A stretch of DNA of 56,613 nt from an uncultured bacterium. Its GTDB lineage: Bacteria > Patescibacteriota > Dojkabacteria > SC72. Within the stretch, counting starts at the first letter, position 1, and every line of letters starts with the position of its first letter. Positions 28,259 to 36,671 of this stretch are shown here, piece by piece. The DNA lies in the NCBI GenBank assembly GCA_903840015.1, contig CAIMEL010000022.1, positions 1 to 56,613 on the forward strand, read 5' to 3'. The notes under the pieces were generated by a model. That model made no database searches. It was not told the origin of the DNA and saw nothing but the letters and a program-made list of their open reading frames with translations. A program made the translations under genes and the position numbers.

Positions 28259-28429
28259 ATGGAATGCAAGTTCTGTAATAAGGAATGCAATGCTAATTGT
28301 CCGTGCTTCGCACTCAAGAAGCTCATTGAAACAGAAATTCTACGAGCGGAGGTGACGAAGCTTCCAGAAGAAGAAAAGATTGTATTCCTAGAGGAAGTAT
28401 TAGTAATGGAGGGATTGGCACCAATCTAA
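28259..28429 (+). CDS. Small Cys-rich hypothetical protein, 56 aa (cassette 3)
   Basis: AAAAGGAGA SD; MECKFCNKECNANCPCFALKKLIETEILRAEVTKLPEEEKIVFLEEVLVMEGLAPI. Confidence 0.6.
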   Translation: MECKFCNKECNANCPCFALKKLIETEILRAEVTKLPEEEKIVFLEEVLVMEGLAPI

Positions 28430-28462
28430 GGTTTCAAAAATTAAAGCAACGGCTTTGTTAAG

Positions 28463-28516
28463 CAAGAGAGGATGATTGATTTCATCAACATATGTATCAC
28501 ATATCATCCTCTCTTG
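28463..28516. repeat. Long hairpin closing cassette 3
   Basis: CAAGAGAGGATGAT/ATCATCCTCTCTTG 14-bp perfect arms. Confidence 0.75.
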
Positions 28517-28542
28517 ACCCTCCCCTCTCCTACTGCTATAAT
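28514..28542 (+). promoter_or_regulatory. Promoter of rplJ-rplL
   Basis: TTGACC-17 nt-TATAAT with an extended TG. Confidence 0.75.
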
Positions 28543-28552
28543 CAGCCTAGTT

Positions 28553-28599
28553 TGTAACCAAAGAAACAGGGTATCAAAATAAATCCCTGCGAGGTTATA
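28553..28599 (+). promoter_or_regulatory. L10 leader (rplJ autoregulatory RNA)
   Basis: TGTAACC-AAAGAAA-CAGGG...CCCTG-CGA-GGTTATA fits the L10-leader pattern and sits directly upstream of rplJ. Confidence 0.7.
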
Positions 28600-28628
28600 C
28601 TACAATTCTATTTTAAAAATCTATTACA

Positions 28629-29150
28629 ATGTCTAAAACTCGTTCTCAGAAGACAGAGTTGCTGAATAAGTATAAAGAGATCCTTGAAACAAAAAAGGGA
28701 TATCTTTTGGTAAACTCTGACAAAACAAATACCTCTACAGTTACAAAGCTCAAGATACAGCTAAAAGATGTAGATGCTAACTACGCCGTTGTAAAGAACA
28801 GTATCTTTAAAGTTGCATTGCAGGAAACAAATCAACCACTTCAAACACAAGAGTTAGATGGTCCAACAGCAATAATATACTTTGAGGAAGATCCAACAGG
28901 TGCAGCGAAACTAGTTAAACAAACACAGAAAGAATCTGAGCTTTTGTCAGCAAAAGGAGGAGTCTTCGAAGGAGAATTTCTTTCAGAGGAGAGAGTTATG
29001 CAATTAGCAGAGATTCCTTCAAGAGAAGTTCTACTATCAAGATTGGTTGGGACAATGAATGCACCTCTTACAGGATTTATGAATGCTGTTACTGGCAATG
29101 TTCGAGGTTTAACTATGGTTCTGAAGGGCATATCTGAAAAGAATGCTTAA
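28629..29150 (+). CDS. rplJ: 50S ribosomal protein uL10
   Basis: VVKNS, L.GPT, LA.IPSRE.L motifs. Confidence 0.94.
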   Translation: MSKTRSQKTELLNKYKEILETKKGYLLVNSDKTNTSTVTKLKIQLKDVDANYAVVKNSIFKVALQETNQPLQTQELDGPTAIIYFEEDPTGAAKLVKQTQKESELLSAKGGVFEGEFLSEERVMQLAEIPSREVLLSRLVGTMNAPLTGFMNAVTGNVRGLTMVLKGISEKNA

Positions 29151-29186
29151 TTAGATACAAATACTTAATTTAATATACAAACTAAT

Positions 29187-29591
29187 ATGGCAGAAGAAAC
29201 AAAGACCTTACCTGAGCTATCAGAGAATGGTAATAAAGTTCTTGAAATAGTTGAGAAAATGTCTGTCTTGGAACTTGCTGATCTTGTAAAAGTGATGGAA
29301 GACAAGTTTGGAGTAAGTGCAGCAGCTCCAGTTGCAGTTGCAGCAGTTGCAGCAGCTCCAGCAGAGGAAGTAGAAGAGAAATCTACTTTTGACATCATCC
29401 TCAAGGAAGCAGGTGCAAACAAGATCGGAGTAATCAAGGCTGTTAGAGAAATAACAGAGTTGGGACTCAAAGAAGCTAAGGATCTTGTAGAAGCAGCTCC
29501 TCAGACTGTTAAAGAGGGAGTAGCAAAAGCAGATGCAGAGGCTATCAAAGCCAAATTTGAAGAAGCAGGTGCAAAAGTAGAATTAGCATAA
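29187..29591 (+). CDS. rplL: 50S ribosomal protein bL12
   Basis: Ala-rich hinge, [20 protein letters not shown]. Confidence 0.97.
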   Translation: MAEETKTLPELSENGNKVLEIVEKMSVLELADLVKVMEDKFGVSAAAPVAVAAVAAAPAEEVEEKSTFDIILKEAGANKIGVIKAVREITELGLKEAKDLVEAAPQTVKEGVAKADAEAIKAKFEEAGAKVELA

Positions 29592-29614
29592 ATCTTCTTG
29601 AATTAGGTCATATG

Positions 29615-29642
29615 GAGGCTACCTTACGGTAGCCTCTTTTTT
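29615..29642 (+). terminator. Intrinsic terminator after rplL
   Basis: GAGGCTACC-TTAC-GGTAGCCTC followed by T6. Confidence 0.85.
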
Positions 29643-29732
29643 ATTCACCATATCGACAAAACATACTATGAAGAAGTATAATCTTAGCAATCTGCCATAA
29701 CTAAATATATCTAAGCTATTAGCGTAAAAACA

Positions 29733-30401
29733 ATGGATTACTCACCACTAACATTGTGGATTTTAGAAAATGGTGTATCTGAACAAACGCTTGACTTGTT
29801 TGTAACTATAACAATACTCGCAACCATAGTTAGTATCGCAAGATATATATTTGGTTCCAAGACATATGGAATATATGCCCCTATAATTCTAGCCATAGCT
29901 TACTCCTACACAGGTTTTCGATATGGATTAGCAATTACCTTTGTTGTCATAGCTACTACCCTACTTTCTTATTCCATACTTAAGAAGATTAGGATGCACT
30001 ACATAACTCGTATTGCCATAAATTACTGTTTACTTTCAATCTCATTGGTTATTTTCTTTCTCCTAATCGGGAAGTATAGTTTAGGCTTGGACAATATGTC
30101 ACAAATACCCTCTCTGGCAGTAATATCTATTGCCGCCCTATCCGATTTCTTCATAAAGCAGTTTGTACAAAAATCTTTCAAGACTGCAGTTATGGTTCTT
30201 TTCTCAACACTAGTTGTTGCCTCAATTGGTTGGTATGTAATATCAAGAGATGTAGTCACAGCATACACCATAAACAACCTATGGTTAGTTCCCCTATTCA
30301 TAGCAATTAATCTAGGCATTGGCCAGTTTAAAGGCTTAAGAGTAAAAGATCTTTTCCGTTTTAACTCAATATTGAAAGAGAAGGACAATGTTTCAAAGTA
30401 A
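29733..30401 (+). CDS. 7TM membrane protein of the transglutaminase-associated 7TM type
   Basis: R...G.KTYGIY.P.IL motif, about seven TMs, terminal G.F.GLR..DL.RF; overlaps the start of the ATP-grasp gene. Confidence 0.75.
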   Translation: MDYSPLTLWILENGVSEQTLDLFVTITILATIVSIARYIFGSKTYGIYAPIILAIAYSYTGFRYGLAITFVVIATTLLSYSILKKIRMHYITRIAINYCLLSISLVIFFLLIGKYSLGLDNMSQIPSLAVISIAALSDFFIKQFVQKSFKTAVMVLFSTLVVASIGWYVISRDVVTAYTINNLWLVPLFIAINLGIGQFKGLRVKDLFRFNSILKEKDNVSK

Positions 30402-31851
30402 TAGAATCAAAGAAATTCTTGGACTTAACCGAAGGAACCAAGAGTACATCCGTCCATTCAATCCACCCTCTGCAAAAAAGATTGCAGATAACAAGATACT
30501 TACAAAGAAAGTGCTAGCAACAGAAGGTATCAATACCCCCTCTGTATACAAATTGGTAAAGAACAAAAAGCAACTTCAATTTCTAGACTGGGAATCACTC
30601 CCAAAAAGTTTTGTGATTAAGCCAAACCAAGGAACTGGAGGAAATGGAATCATAGTTTTCTATGGTAAAAAGAAGGGACAGAATTCCTGGATTAGACCAA
30701 ATGGAACTGTAATGAATCAGAAAGACATAGCATTACACATAGAGAATATCCTAGAAGGGCGATTCTCTATGGGCAATCGTAGTGATATAGCCATCATTGA
30801 AGAGAGAGTGAGAACAGATCCACTCCTTAAACAGTATTCCTACAAAGGAGTTCCAGATATCAGGATAATATGCTTCAATGGAGTCCCAATAATGGCAATG
30901 ACAAGGCTTCCAACGAAAAGATCAAATGGTACAGCAAATCTACACTCTGGGGCCATATGTACAGGACTTGATATTAGTACAGGAATAACCACCTACTCTA
31001 TGCAGATGAATCCCCGAACTATTTTTAGTGATACATACGAGAGTATTGAAAGCACAACAGATCTTAAGGAAAATAAAAAACTAAGTGGCATACAGATACC
31101 AAATTGGAATGACATTTTAACAATAGCCTTGAAGTGCCAACGAGCAAGCAAACTTGGTTATGTTGGTGTCGATATAGCATTGGACATAGAGAAAGGACCT
31201 GTCGTATTTGAACTAAACGCTAGACCGGGACTAGGAATTCAGGTTGCCAACCAAGCAGGTTTAAGGTGGAGACTTGAAAAGGTCAAAGGATTAGAGATAA
31301 AGAATATAAAGCATGGAATTAGAGTCGCACAAAATCTTTTTGGGGGAGAAATCGAAGAGAGTATCGAAGCCATCAGTGGGCGAAAAGTAGTAAGTATTAC
31401 TGAAAAAGTTGTCCTCTTTCACAAAGGATATGACAGTAAGAGTAAAAAGAATTCTATGCTGAAAGAAACAACAACAGCTTTTATGGACACAGGAATTCTT
31501 ACCTCAAGGATAACAAAGAATCTCATAAGTAGAATGGGCTATTTAGATACAGTAAAATACTTTGATTCTCTTAATATACCTAAGAAATTTGAATCCCTTC
31601 AATCAGCTCAGAAATTTATCGATGAGAACCTCTCTCTTTTTCAGGATACAGATATTAAGAGGCTTGCAAAAATTATTGATAATGGTGAGATATGCGTCAG
31701 ACCTGTATTAGAAATAAAGATTAAAATATCTGGTGATATTAAAGATGTTGATATGGTAATCACTGAAGAAACAGAACACTCCGTAGTCATTGGTCGAGGA
31801 GAATTAAAAGGATATTTAATAGATACAAGTAAAACATTTAGAAAAATATGA
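30388..31851 (+). CDS. Alpha-L-glutamate ligase-like ATP-grasp protein fused to a retropepsin/RimB-like protease domain
   Basis: ILGLNRRN..YI...N, ADNK, FVIKP..G.GG.G, GVPDIRII, ANLHSG, GVD, ELNARPG; C-terminal MDTG...RP...IGR. Confidence 0.82.
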   Translation: MFQSNRIKEILGLNRRNQEYIRPFNPPSAKKIADNKILTKKVLATEGINTPSVYKLVKNKKQLQFLDWESLPKSFVIKPNQGTGGNGIIVFYGKKKGQNSWIRPNGTVMNQKDIALHIENILEGRFSMGNRSDIAIIEERVRTDPLLKQYSYKGVPDIRIICFNGVPIMAMTRLPTKRSNGTANLHSGAICTGLDISTGITTYSMQMNPRTIFSDTYESIESTTDLKENKKLSGIQIPNWNDILTIALKCQRASKLGYVGVDIALDIEKGPVVFELNARPGLGIQVANQAGLRWRLEKVKGLEIKNIKHGIRVAQNLFGGEIEESIEAISGRKVVSITEKVVLFHKGYDSKSKKNSMLKETTTAFMDTGILTSRITKNLISRMGYLDTVKYFDSLNIPKKFESLQSAQKFIDENLSLFQDTDIKRLAKIIDNGEICVRPVLEIKIKISGDIKDVDMVITEETEHSVVIGRGELKGYLIDTSKTFRKI

Positions 31852-32831
31852 AAGAATACAAAGAGTATTTAAAAGAAGCGGGCAATGTTCACTTGGCATA
31901 CTACCTTGAAGCTGCAGATTCTTTAGATATTAAATACTCTGTTTTAATACCTAGCTTACTCGCGTTGTTTGAATACAAGAATAAACATTGGTACATCATT
32001 AATACTGTAACTCCCCTAACCTCTTCTCCTAGCACAACAATCTGCAAGAGAAAACACCTTACAAATCTCATTCTGAAGAGATATGGACTTCCTGTACCAT
32101 ACCAGGAGAATATTGGAAGTGTTATAGATGCAATTAAATTTTTTAATAAACACAAGGATATTGTAATCAAACCTACACAGCAACTCGGAGGGCACGGCGT
32201 CTCAATCCTACCTCAAACAGAAGATCAGGTAATTCAGGCATATGAGAATGCTTTTAAGGAGTCACACTCCTCTGGGTCCAACAAAGTTATCGCGGAAGAG
32301 TTCTTTCATGGTGAGAATTACCGTTTCTTAGTCGTTGGCCAAAAGGTTATAGGTGTTGTCAGAAGAAAAGCAGCCCATGTTATCGGCAATAGCAAAAACA
32401 CTATAAGAGAATTAGTGCAGGCGGAGAATGACTTGCGCAAAGAGAAGCTCTTAATGCCGATCTTGATCGACAATGAAGTGAATCTAAAACTCACACGAAG
32501 CAATCTAGATTTAGACTCTATACCAGCTGAGGGAGAAGAAATTATCTTAAGATATAACTGCAATCTAACAACAGGAGGAACAACTGAAGAATGTATGCCA
32601 GAGGTTCACGACTACTACAAACAGATAGCCATCAAAGCGATTAGCTCTGTAGGATCAGAATTCGGAGGAGTTGATATCATCGCAGAGAATATCTCCAAGC
32701 CATCCAAAGTCGCAATCAATGAAATTAACTACAATCCAGGATTAAGGTTACATTACAAGGTAAATAAAGGTAATATTGTAAAAGTGGCCATACCCATTAT
32801 GGAATATATCCGAGATAAGTATATAAATTAA
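31848..32831 (+). CDS. Stand-alone ATP-grasp ligase of cyanophycin synthetase/GshAB type
   Basis: K.LT..IL...GLPVP, VIKP....GG.GV, YRFLVV, A.VIG....TI.ELV..EN, NL..GG, GVDII, EINYNPG. Confidence 0.8.
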   Translation: MKEYKEYLKEAGNVHLAYYLEAADSLDIKYSVLIPSLLALFEYKNKHWYIINTVTPLTSSPSTTICKRKHLTNLILKRYGLPVPYQENIGSVIDAIKFFNKHKDIVIKPTQQLGGHGVSILPQTEDQVIQAYENAFKESHSSGSNKVIAEEFFHGENYRFLVVGQKVIGVVRRKAAHVIGNSKNTIRELVQAENDLRKEKLLMPILIDNEVNLKLTRSNLDLDSIPAEGEEIILRYNCNLTTGGTTEECMPEVHDYYKQIAIKAISSVGSEFGGVDIIAENISKPSKVAINEINYNPGLRLHYKVNKGNIVKVAIPIMEYIRDKYIN

Positions 32832-32842
32832 TATTTACCGAA

Positions 32843-34528
32843 ATGACAGATATAAGAGTTCAACAAGGAATAAACCTAGAATCAGAGATTTCCTTAATTA
32901 CAATCCCCATTCCTTTTAACAAAAACGTTGACACCCTACTTCGTCTAATTGGATCTTTTCATCCAATTTTTATTAAGTCATATACTTACGAAAAAAACTT
33001 AACAATAAAATCTCACCTAACATCCCTCTGGAGGGAAATAGGTACTGTTCTAATTAAACTCTCAAACGAGGAGATAAAATATGAGAAAGCAAAAGAGCTT
33101 TGTGTAGACGAGATTATACGAGAACGCATATCATCGATGTCAACGATTCCTTTACTATTTACATCACACAGTATGGGGCTTGAAACAACGCCCACACTAC
33201 TTCTGGATGAAAGAGTCACATATACAAAGGCATACAACAGACACTATACAATCGGTACTGGACGGAATTCACAGATCATATATTCAATATCTTCTAGTAT
33301 GGACTCCAAGATAGCAAAGGAGGTACAGAAAGATAAATGGTCTTCGAATTTGATGATCTCTCGGCTTGGACTACCAATCCCAAAGTGGGAGGTTGTAGAT
33401 AATGTTTCAGAACTCGAACGAATCTGGGGTCAGTATCAGAAGCCGGTAGTAATCAAACCGACTGGTCTTGTCGGAGGACATGGAGTTGTGGTTGGAATAG
33501 AAACTATCGAAGAGGCAAGAAAAGCATTCAAATTTGCTCAAGACGCCTGCAATACAAATATGCGTAAAGAGTGGCAGCAGAAGATAATGATACAAGAGCA
33601 AATCAAAGGAGAAGATTATCGTCTTTTGGTAATAAATGGGAAATTGGAGATTGCTACAAAGAGAATCCCTGCATTCATAGTAGGAGATGGGAAGCACAGT
33701 ATAGAGGATCTCATAATTGAGACAAACAAAGATCCTCGTAGAGATATATCGAACCCATCACATACGCTGAAGCCAATAGTTATAGACCAGCCATTAAGAG
33801 AATATCTAAAACAACAGAATCTAACTCTTGCATCTATACCTACGAAAGAAGAGAAAATATATGTTAGAAAAGTTGCCAGCATGAGCCAAGGGGGAATAAC
33901 TGAGGATTTTACAGACAAGGTAGGACCAGAGATAAAGGCAATTGTTGAAAGTCTTGCAACCTCAATACATGCATTCACTCTCGGGGTAGATGTAATGTGC
34001 CAAGACATCTCTAAACCACTGACCAAAGAGAATGGAGCTATTCTCGAATACAATACTATGCCAGAAGCATATCTCAACATGTACCCTGTGATAGGCAAGC
34101 AGAGAGAATATGTATTTAAGAGGTATCTAGAAGCTTTAATGAAAGAAAATAGAACAAAACAGATAGCTGTTGTTGGGAACTCTTCTAAAGACATTCCTAC
34201 ACTACTTCGCCAAAAAACATTCTTCAGCTCATATATCGGTGATAATGATACTATCGGAGAATATAAGAATGGAGAGATCAAAATAAACGGATTGGATATA
34301 AATAAAGACCTAGAGAAATGGAAGGCTATTGAGGGATTAAAAGTAAACGCATCATTAGATGCAATCATAATACACCATCGAGATTGGGAAGATGTTCAAG
34401 AATCAGGTTTAGGATTTGACAGAATCGATATGTTGCTTGTTGCCAAAGAGCTTACAAGCCAGAAAGAATTTAGTATTATCAAGAAGTACCAAAGAAGGAA
34501 ATATATAAATAAAATTAAAATATTTTAA
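32843..34528 (+). CDS. Cyanophycin synthetase-like (CphA2-type architecture) ATP-grasp protein
   Basis: PVVIKP..L.GG.GV, GEDYRLLVING, RIPAFIVGDGKHSIEDLI..TN.DPRR, SQGG, GVD, EYN; short degenerate C-terminal domain lacking the Mur-ligase GTNGKT motif. Confidence 0.78.
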   Translation: MTDIRVQQGINLESEISLITIPIPFNKNVDTLLRLIGSFHPIFIKSYTYEKNLTIKSHLTSLWREIGTVLIKLSNEEIKYEKAKELCVDEIIRERISSMSTIPLLFTSHSMGLETTPTLLLDERVTYTKAYNRHYTIGTGRNSQIIYSISSSMDSKIAKEVQKDKWSSNLMISRLGLPIPKWEVVDNVSELERIWGQYQKPVVIKPTGLVGGHGVVVGIETIEEARKAFKFAQDACNTNMRKEWQQKIMIQEQIKGEDYRLLVINGKLEIATKRIPAFIVGDGKHSIEDLIIETNKDPRRDISNPSHTLKPIVIDQPLREYLKQQNLTLASIPTKEEKIYVRKVASMSQGGITEDFTDKVGPEIKAIVESLATSIHAFTLGVDVMCQDISKPLTKENGAILEYNTMPEAYLNMYPVIGKQREYVFKRYLEALMKENRTKQIAVVGNSSKDIPTLLRQKTFFSSYIGDNDTIGEYKNGEIKINGLDINKDLEKWKAIEGLKVNASLDAIIIHHRDWEDVQESGLGFDRIDMLLVAKELTSQKEFSIIKKYQRRKYINKIKIF

Positions 34529-34529
34529 A

Positions 34530-35486
34530 ATGAAATACCTCATAATTGATAAAAGACAACGAGTGGATATAGATGGTATGGGTGATATTCCTACTGCCTC
34601 TGCGAGATTACTAGAGGAACTAGCTAAAAAGAATCTCTCTGGAGATTTTGCATACAATGATCAACTTGAGTTTCTTTTTCTAGACGGGAAAGTTGCTATA
34701 AAAGCTAACGGTAAAGATATTACCGATTATTCACACATCATCTTCAGAGGCCATGCCCTACACAATGACAAAGAGTATCATTTCAAGAGGTACATCATAG
34801 AATACATAGACCAGTATAACGAAGAAAATCCTGAGAAGAAAATCATAGTACAGAATTCCGAAGCAATTAAAAGATTCCCCTATTACAACAAAATAGCCAT
34901 AGCAATGCTCTGTGCTCAAAATAACATTCCTCACTTTAACACATACTTTAGAACGGATGGCGATTATTCACAGGCGCGGGAGATGCTCAATCAATACCCT
35001 CTAATTATAAAAGAGTATTCTGGAGTAAATCGTGTAGAAATTATCGACGGAAAAGAGAAGATTAAGAAGAATGTATTCAAATTGGACACCTTAGAAGATT
35101 ATAAACAGGAAGGACTAAATGGTCAGGATCTCTCAAACTTCTTTTTGCAGGAGTTTTCTGACGCGGGAGAAGATTATCGAATATTTGTTAAACTTGGGAA
35201 AGTTATTGCAGGTTGGAAAAGGATAGCATCAGAAAGCTTTATGACTGTAAGTAAAGGGATCTATGAAATGTATAACGAACCAAATGATGAGATTAAAAAT
35301 ATTGCAGAAAAAATAGCTACTATACTTGATGCAGATTTCATGGCAGTAGACTTTATGAACATTAACGGTAAGCCATATATACAAGAAATTGGATTTCATC
35401 CAGGATATAAAGCGTACGAAACAAAGATAGAAAAAGGAGAGCCTGTAAATATTGCAGAAGCAATTGTTACTGCTTTCAAACAATAG
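34530..35486 (+). CDS. Divergent RimK-family ATP-grasp protein
   Basis: NK, PLIIK, LQEF, EDYRIFV, AVDF, EIG.HPG. Confidence 0.7.
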   Translation: MKYLIIDKRQRVDIDGMGDIPTASARLLEELAKKNLSGDFAYNDQLEFLFLDGKVAIKANGKDITDYSHIIFRGHALHNDKEYHFKRYIIEYIDQYNEENPEKKIIVQNSEAIKRFPYYNKIAIAMLCAQNNIPHFNTYFRTDGDYSQAREMLNQYPLIIKEYSGVNRVEIIDGKEKIKKNVFKLDTLEDYKQEGLNGQDLSNFFLQEFSDAGEDYRIFVKLGKVIAGWKRIASESFMTVSKGIYEMYNEPNDEIKNIAEKIATILDADFMAVDFMNINGKPYIQEIGFHPGYKAYETKIEKGEPVNIAEAIVTAFKQ

Positions 35487-36647
35487 CTATATACCAACCT
35501 TCTTGAATATCTCTTCCCAAAGAGCTTTTGAAGGAACGAGAAGAGGTTTAGGTATTAATCCGTCCTCTACCCAATCACACTGTTTGAACGATATCTTTCC
35601 TGCATACAGTGAAGAATATAGATTTGGTGATTTAGAAAGTTTCCACAAAACACGCTTGAAACCTCTGAAATAGCAGATGTCTTTAGTGTAGATACCGGGC
35701 CTATTAGTATCTGACAGGCCTCGTTTTACACGGAAAGTAACATCAAAAGCAGAATACTTTGGCAAAACACCCAATAGAGAGTTATATAGCTGTCTAAATG
35801 ACAATAATTCCCCTATATATATAGCGTAAACCATTGCAGCTTTATTCCTCAACCATCTCTCAGTTAACAGTGACATATTATGCTCATTCCAAGTTGCCAG
35901 CCCCTCCTCTATATCCAAATATTCAACCAAATTAGGCTTACTCAAGGCGTCGAATCCACTGTTAAGTCCATTGTGTGCTCGTAATACATGGGTTCCAACT
36001 TCATGCACCAAGGTTTTCCTCAACTTATACTTACTTCTCTCAATATTAGGATCTACTAAAATCTGCTTGGTTTTTACACCAACTTTCACCCCATTCTTTG
36101 CTATATTCATGGACTTACTTACTCCCCATCCCTCAAGACCTAATTCCTGAAGTACAGTGTTACAGATTTTTTCAATATCATCATATTTGAGCATTTCACC
36201 TCTTTTACCACTCTGCTCAACCAGAAGATTGTAGTTCGAGGTATTTCCTCTTAGTACCCTGCATGCATTTCTAAACAATTTTATGCTGGGTAATCCATAC
36301 CTCTTTATTGAAATGTCAGTAAATTTCTCATTCTCTCCTACTGCATTCATTAGAGAATTTGCTTCTGCTTTAGAATCGATAAGTTTGATGTAAAAATCAG
36401 ATATACGAGGATCTACATCTGTAATCTCATCAACATCAGATAATTCTTTTAATATTCTCTCATTATCATTTTTGACAATCCTGTATTCGAACTGTGGTTC
36501 ATATGTATCTGAATTGAAAAACTTCTTTTTTTCTGACTCTAAATTGGTCGGCGTAAAGACTAAAGCCGTTGGGATTCTAAGGTTATTCAAAAGAGAAGAG
36601 ACCTCCTGTAGTGTCAACTTGGTTTTCTTGCGAGAGAATATATTCAT
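35487..36647 (-). CDS. DUF1704 / MATCAP-like zinc carboxypeptidase
   Basis: HEVGTHVLR..NG (HExxxH), EEGLA, R.KRG..D...G.YTKD..Y..G and LY.GK motifs. ATG 36647 chosen; the ORF track starts at 36656. Confidence 0.85.
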   Translation of the reverse strand: MNIFSRKKTKLTLQEVSSLLNNLRIPTALVFTPTNLESEKKKFFNSDTYEPQFEYRIVKNDNERILKELSDVDEITDVDPRISDFYIKLIDSKAEANSLMNAVGENEKFTDISIKRYGLPSIKLFRNACRVLRGNTSNYNLLVEQSGKRGEMLKYDDIEKICNTVLQELGLEGWGVSKSMNIAKNGVKVGVKTKQILVDPNIERSKYKLRKTLVHEVGTHVLRAHNGLNSGFDALSKPNLVEYLDIEEGLATWNEHNMSLLTERWLRNKAAMVYAIYIGELLSFRQLYNSLLGVLPKYSAFDVTFRVKRGLSDTNRPGIYTKDICYFRGFKRVLWKLSKSPNLYSSLYAGKISFKQCDWVEDGLIPKPLLVPSKALWEEIFKKVGI

Positions 36648-36671
36648 AGTTAACAAGTATATACTAATTTA

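Noticed and set aside
27878-28278. ORF-track ORFs 27878-28087 (-), 27915-28232 (-) and 28075-28278 (+)
   Set aside because: They cross hairpins and promoters and lack an SD. The shorter + strand ORFs at 27911 and 28259 have a promoter and SD and fit the repeat architecture.
27755-28516. Canonical integron attC array or CRISPR array
   Set aside because: No RYYYAAC/GTTRRRY ends, no integrase or cas gene in the window, and the spacing and repeat length do not fit CRISPR.
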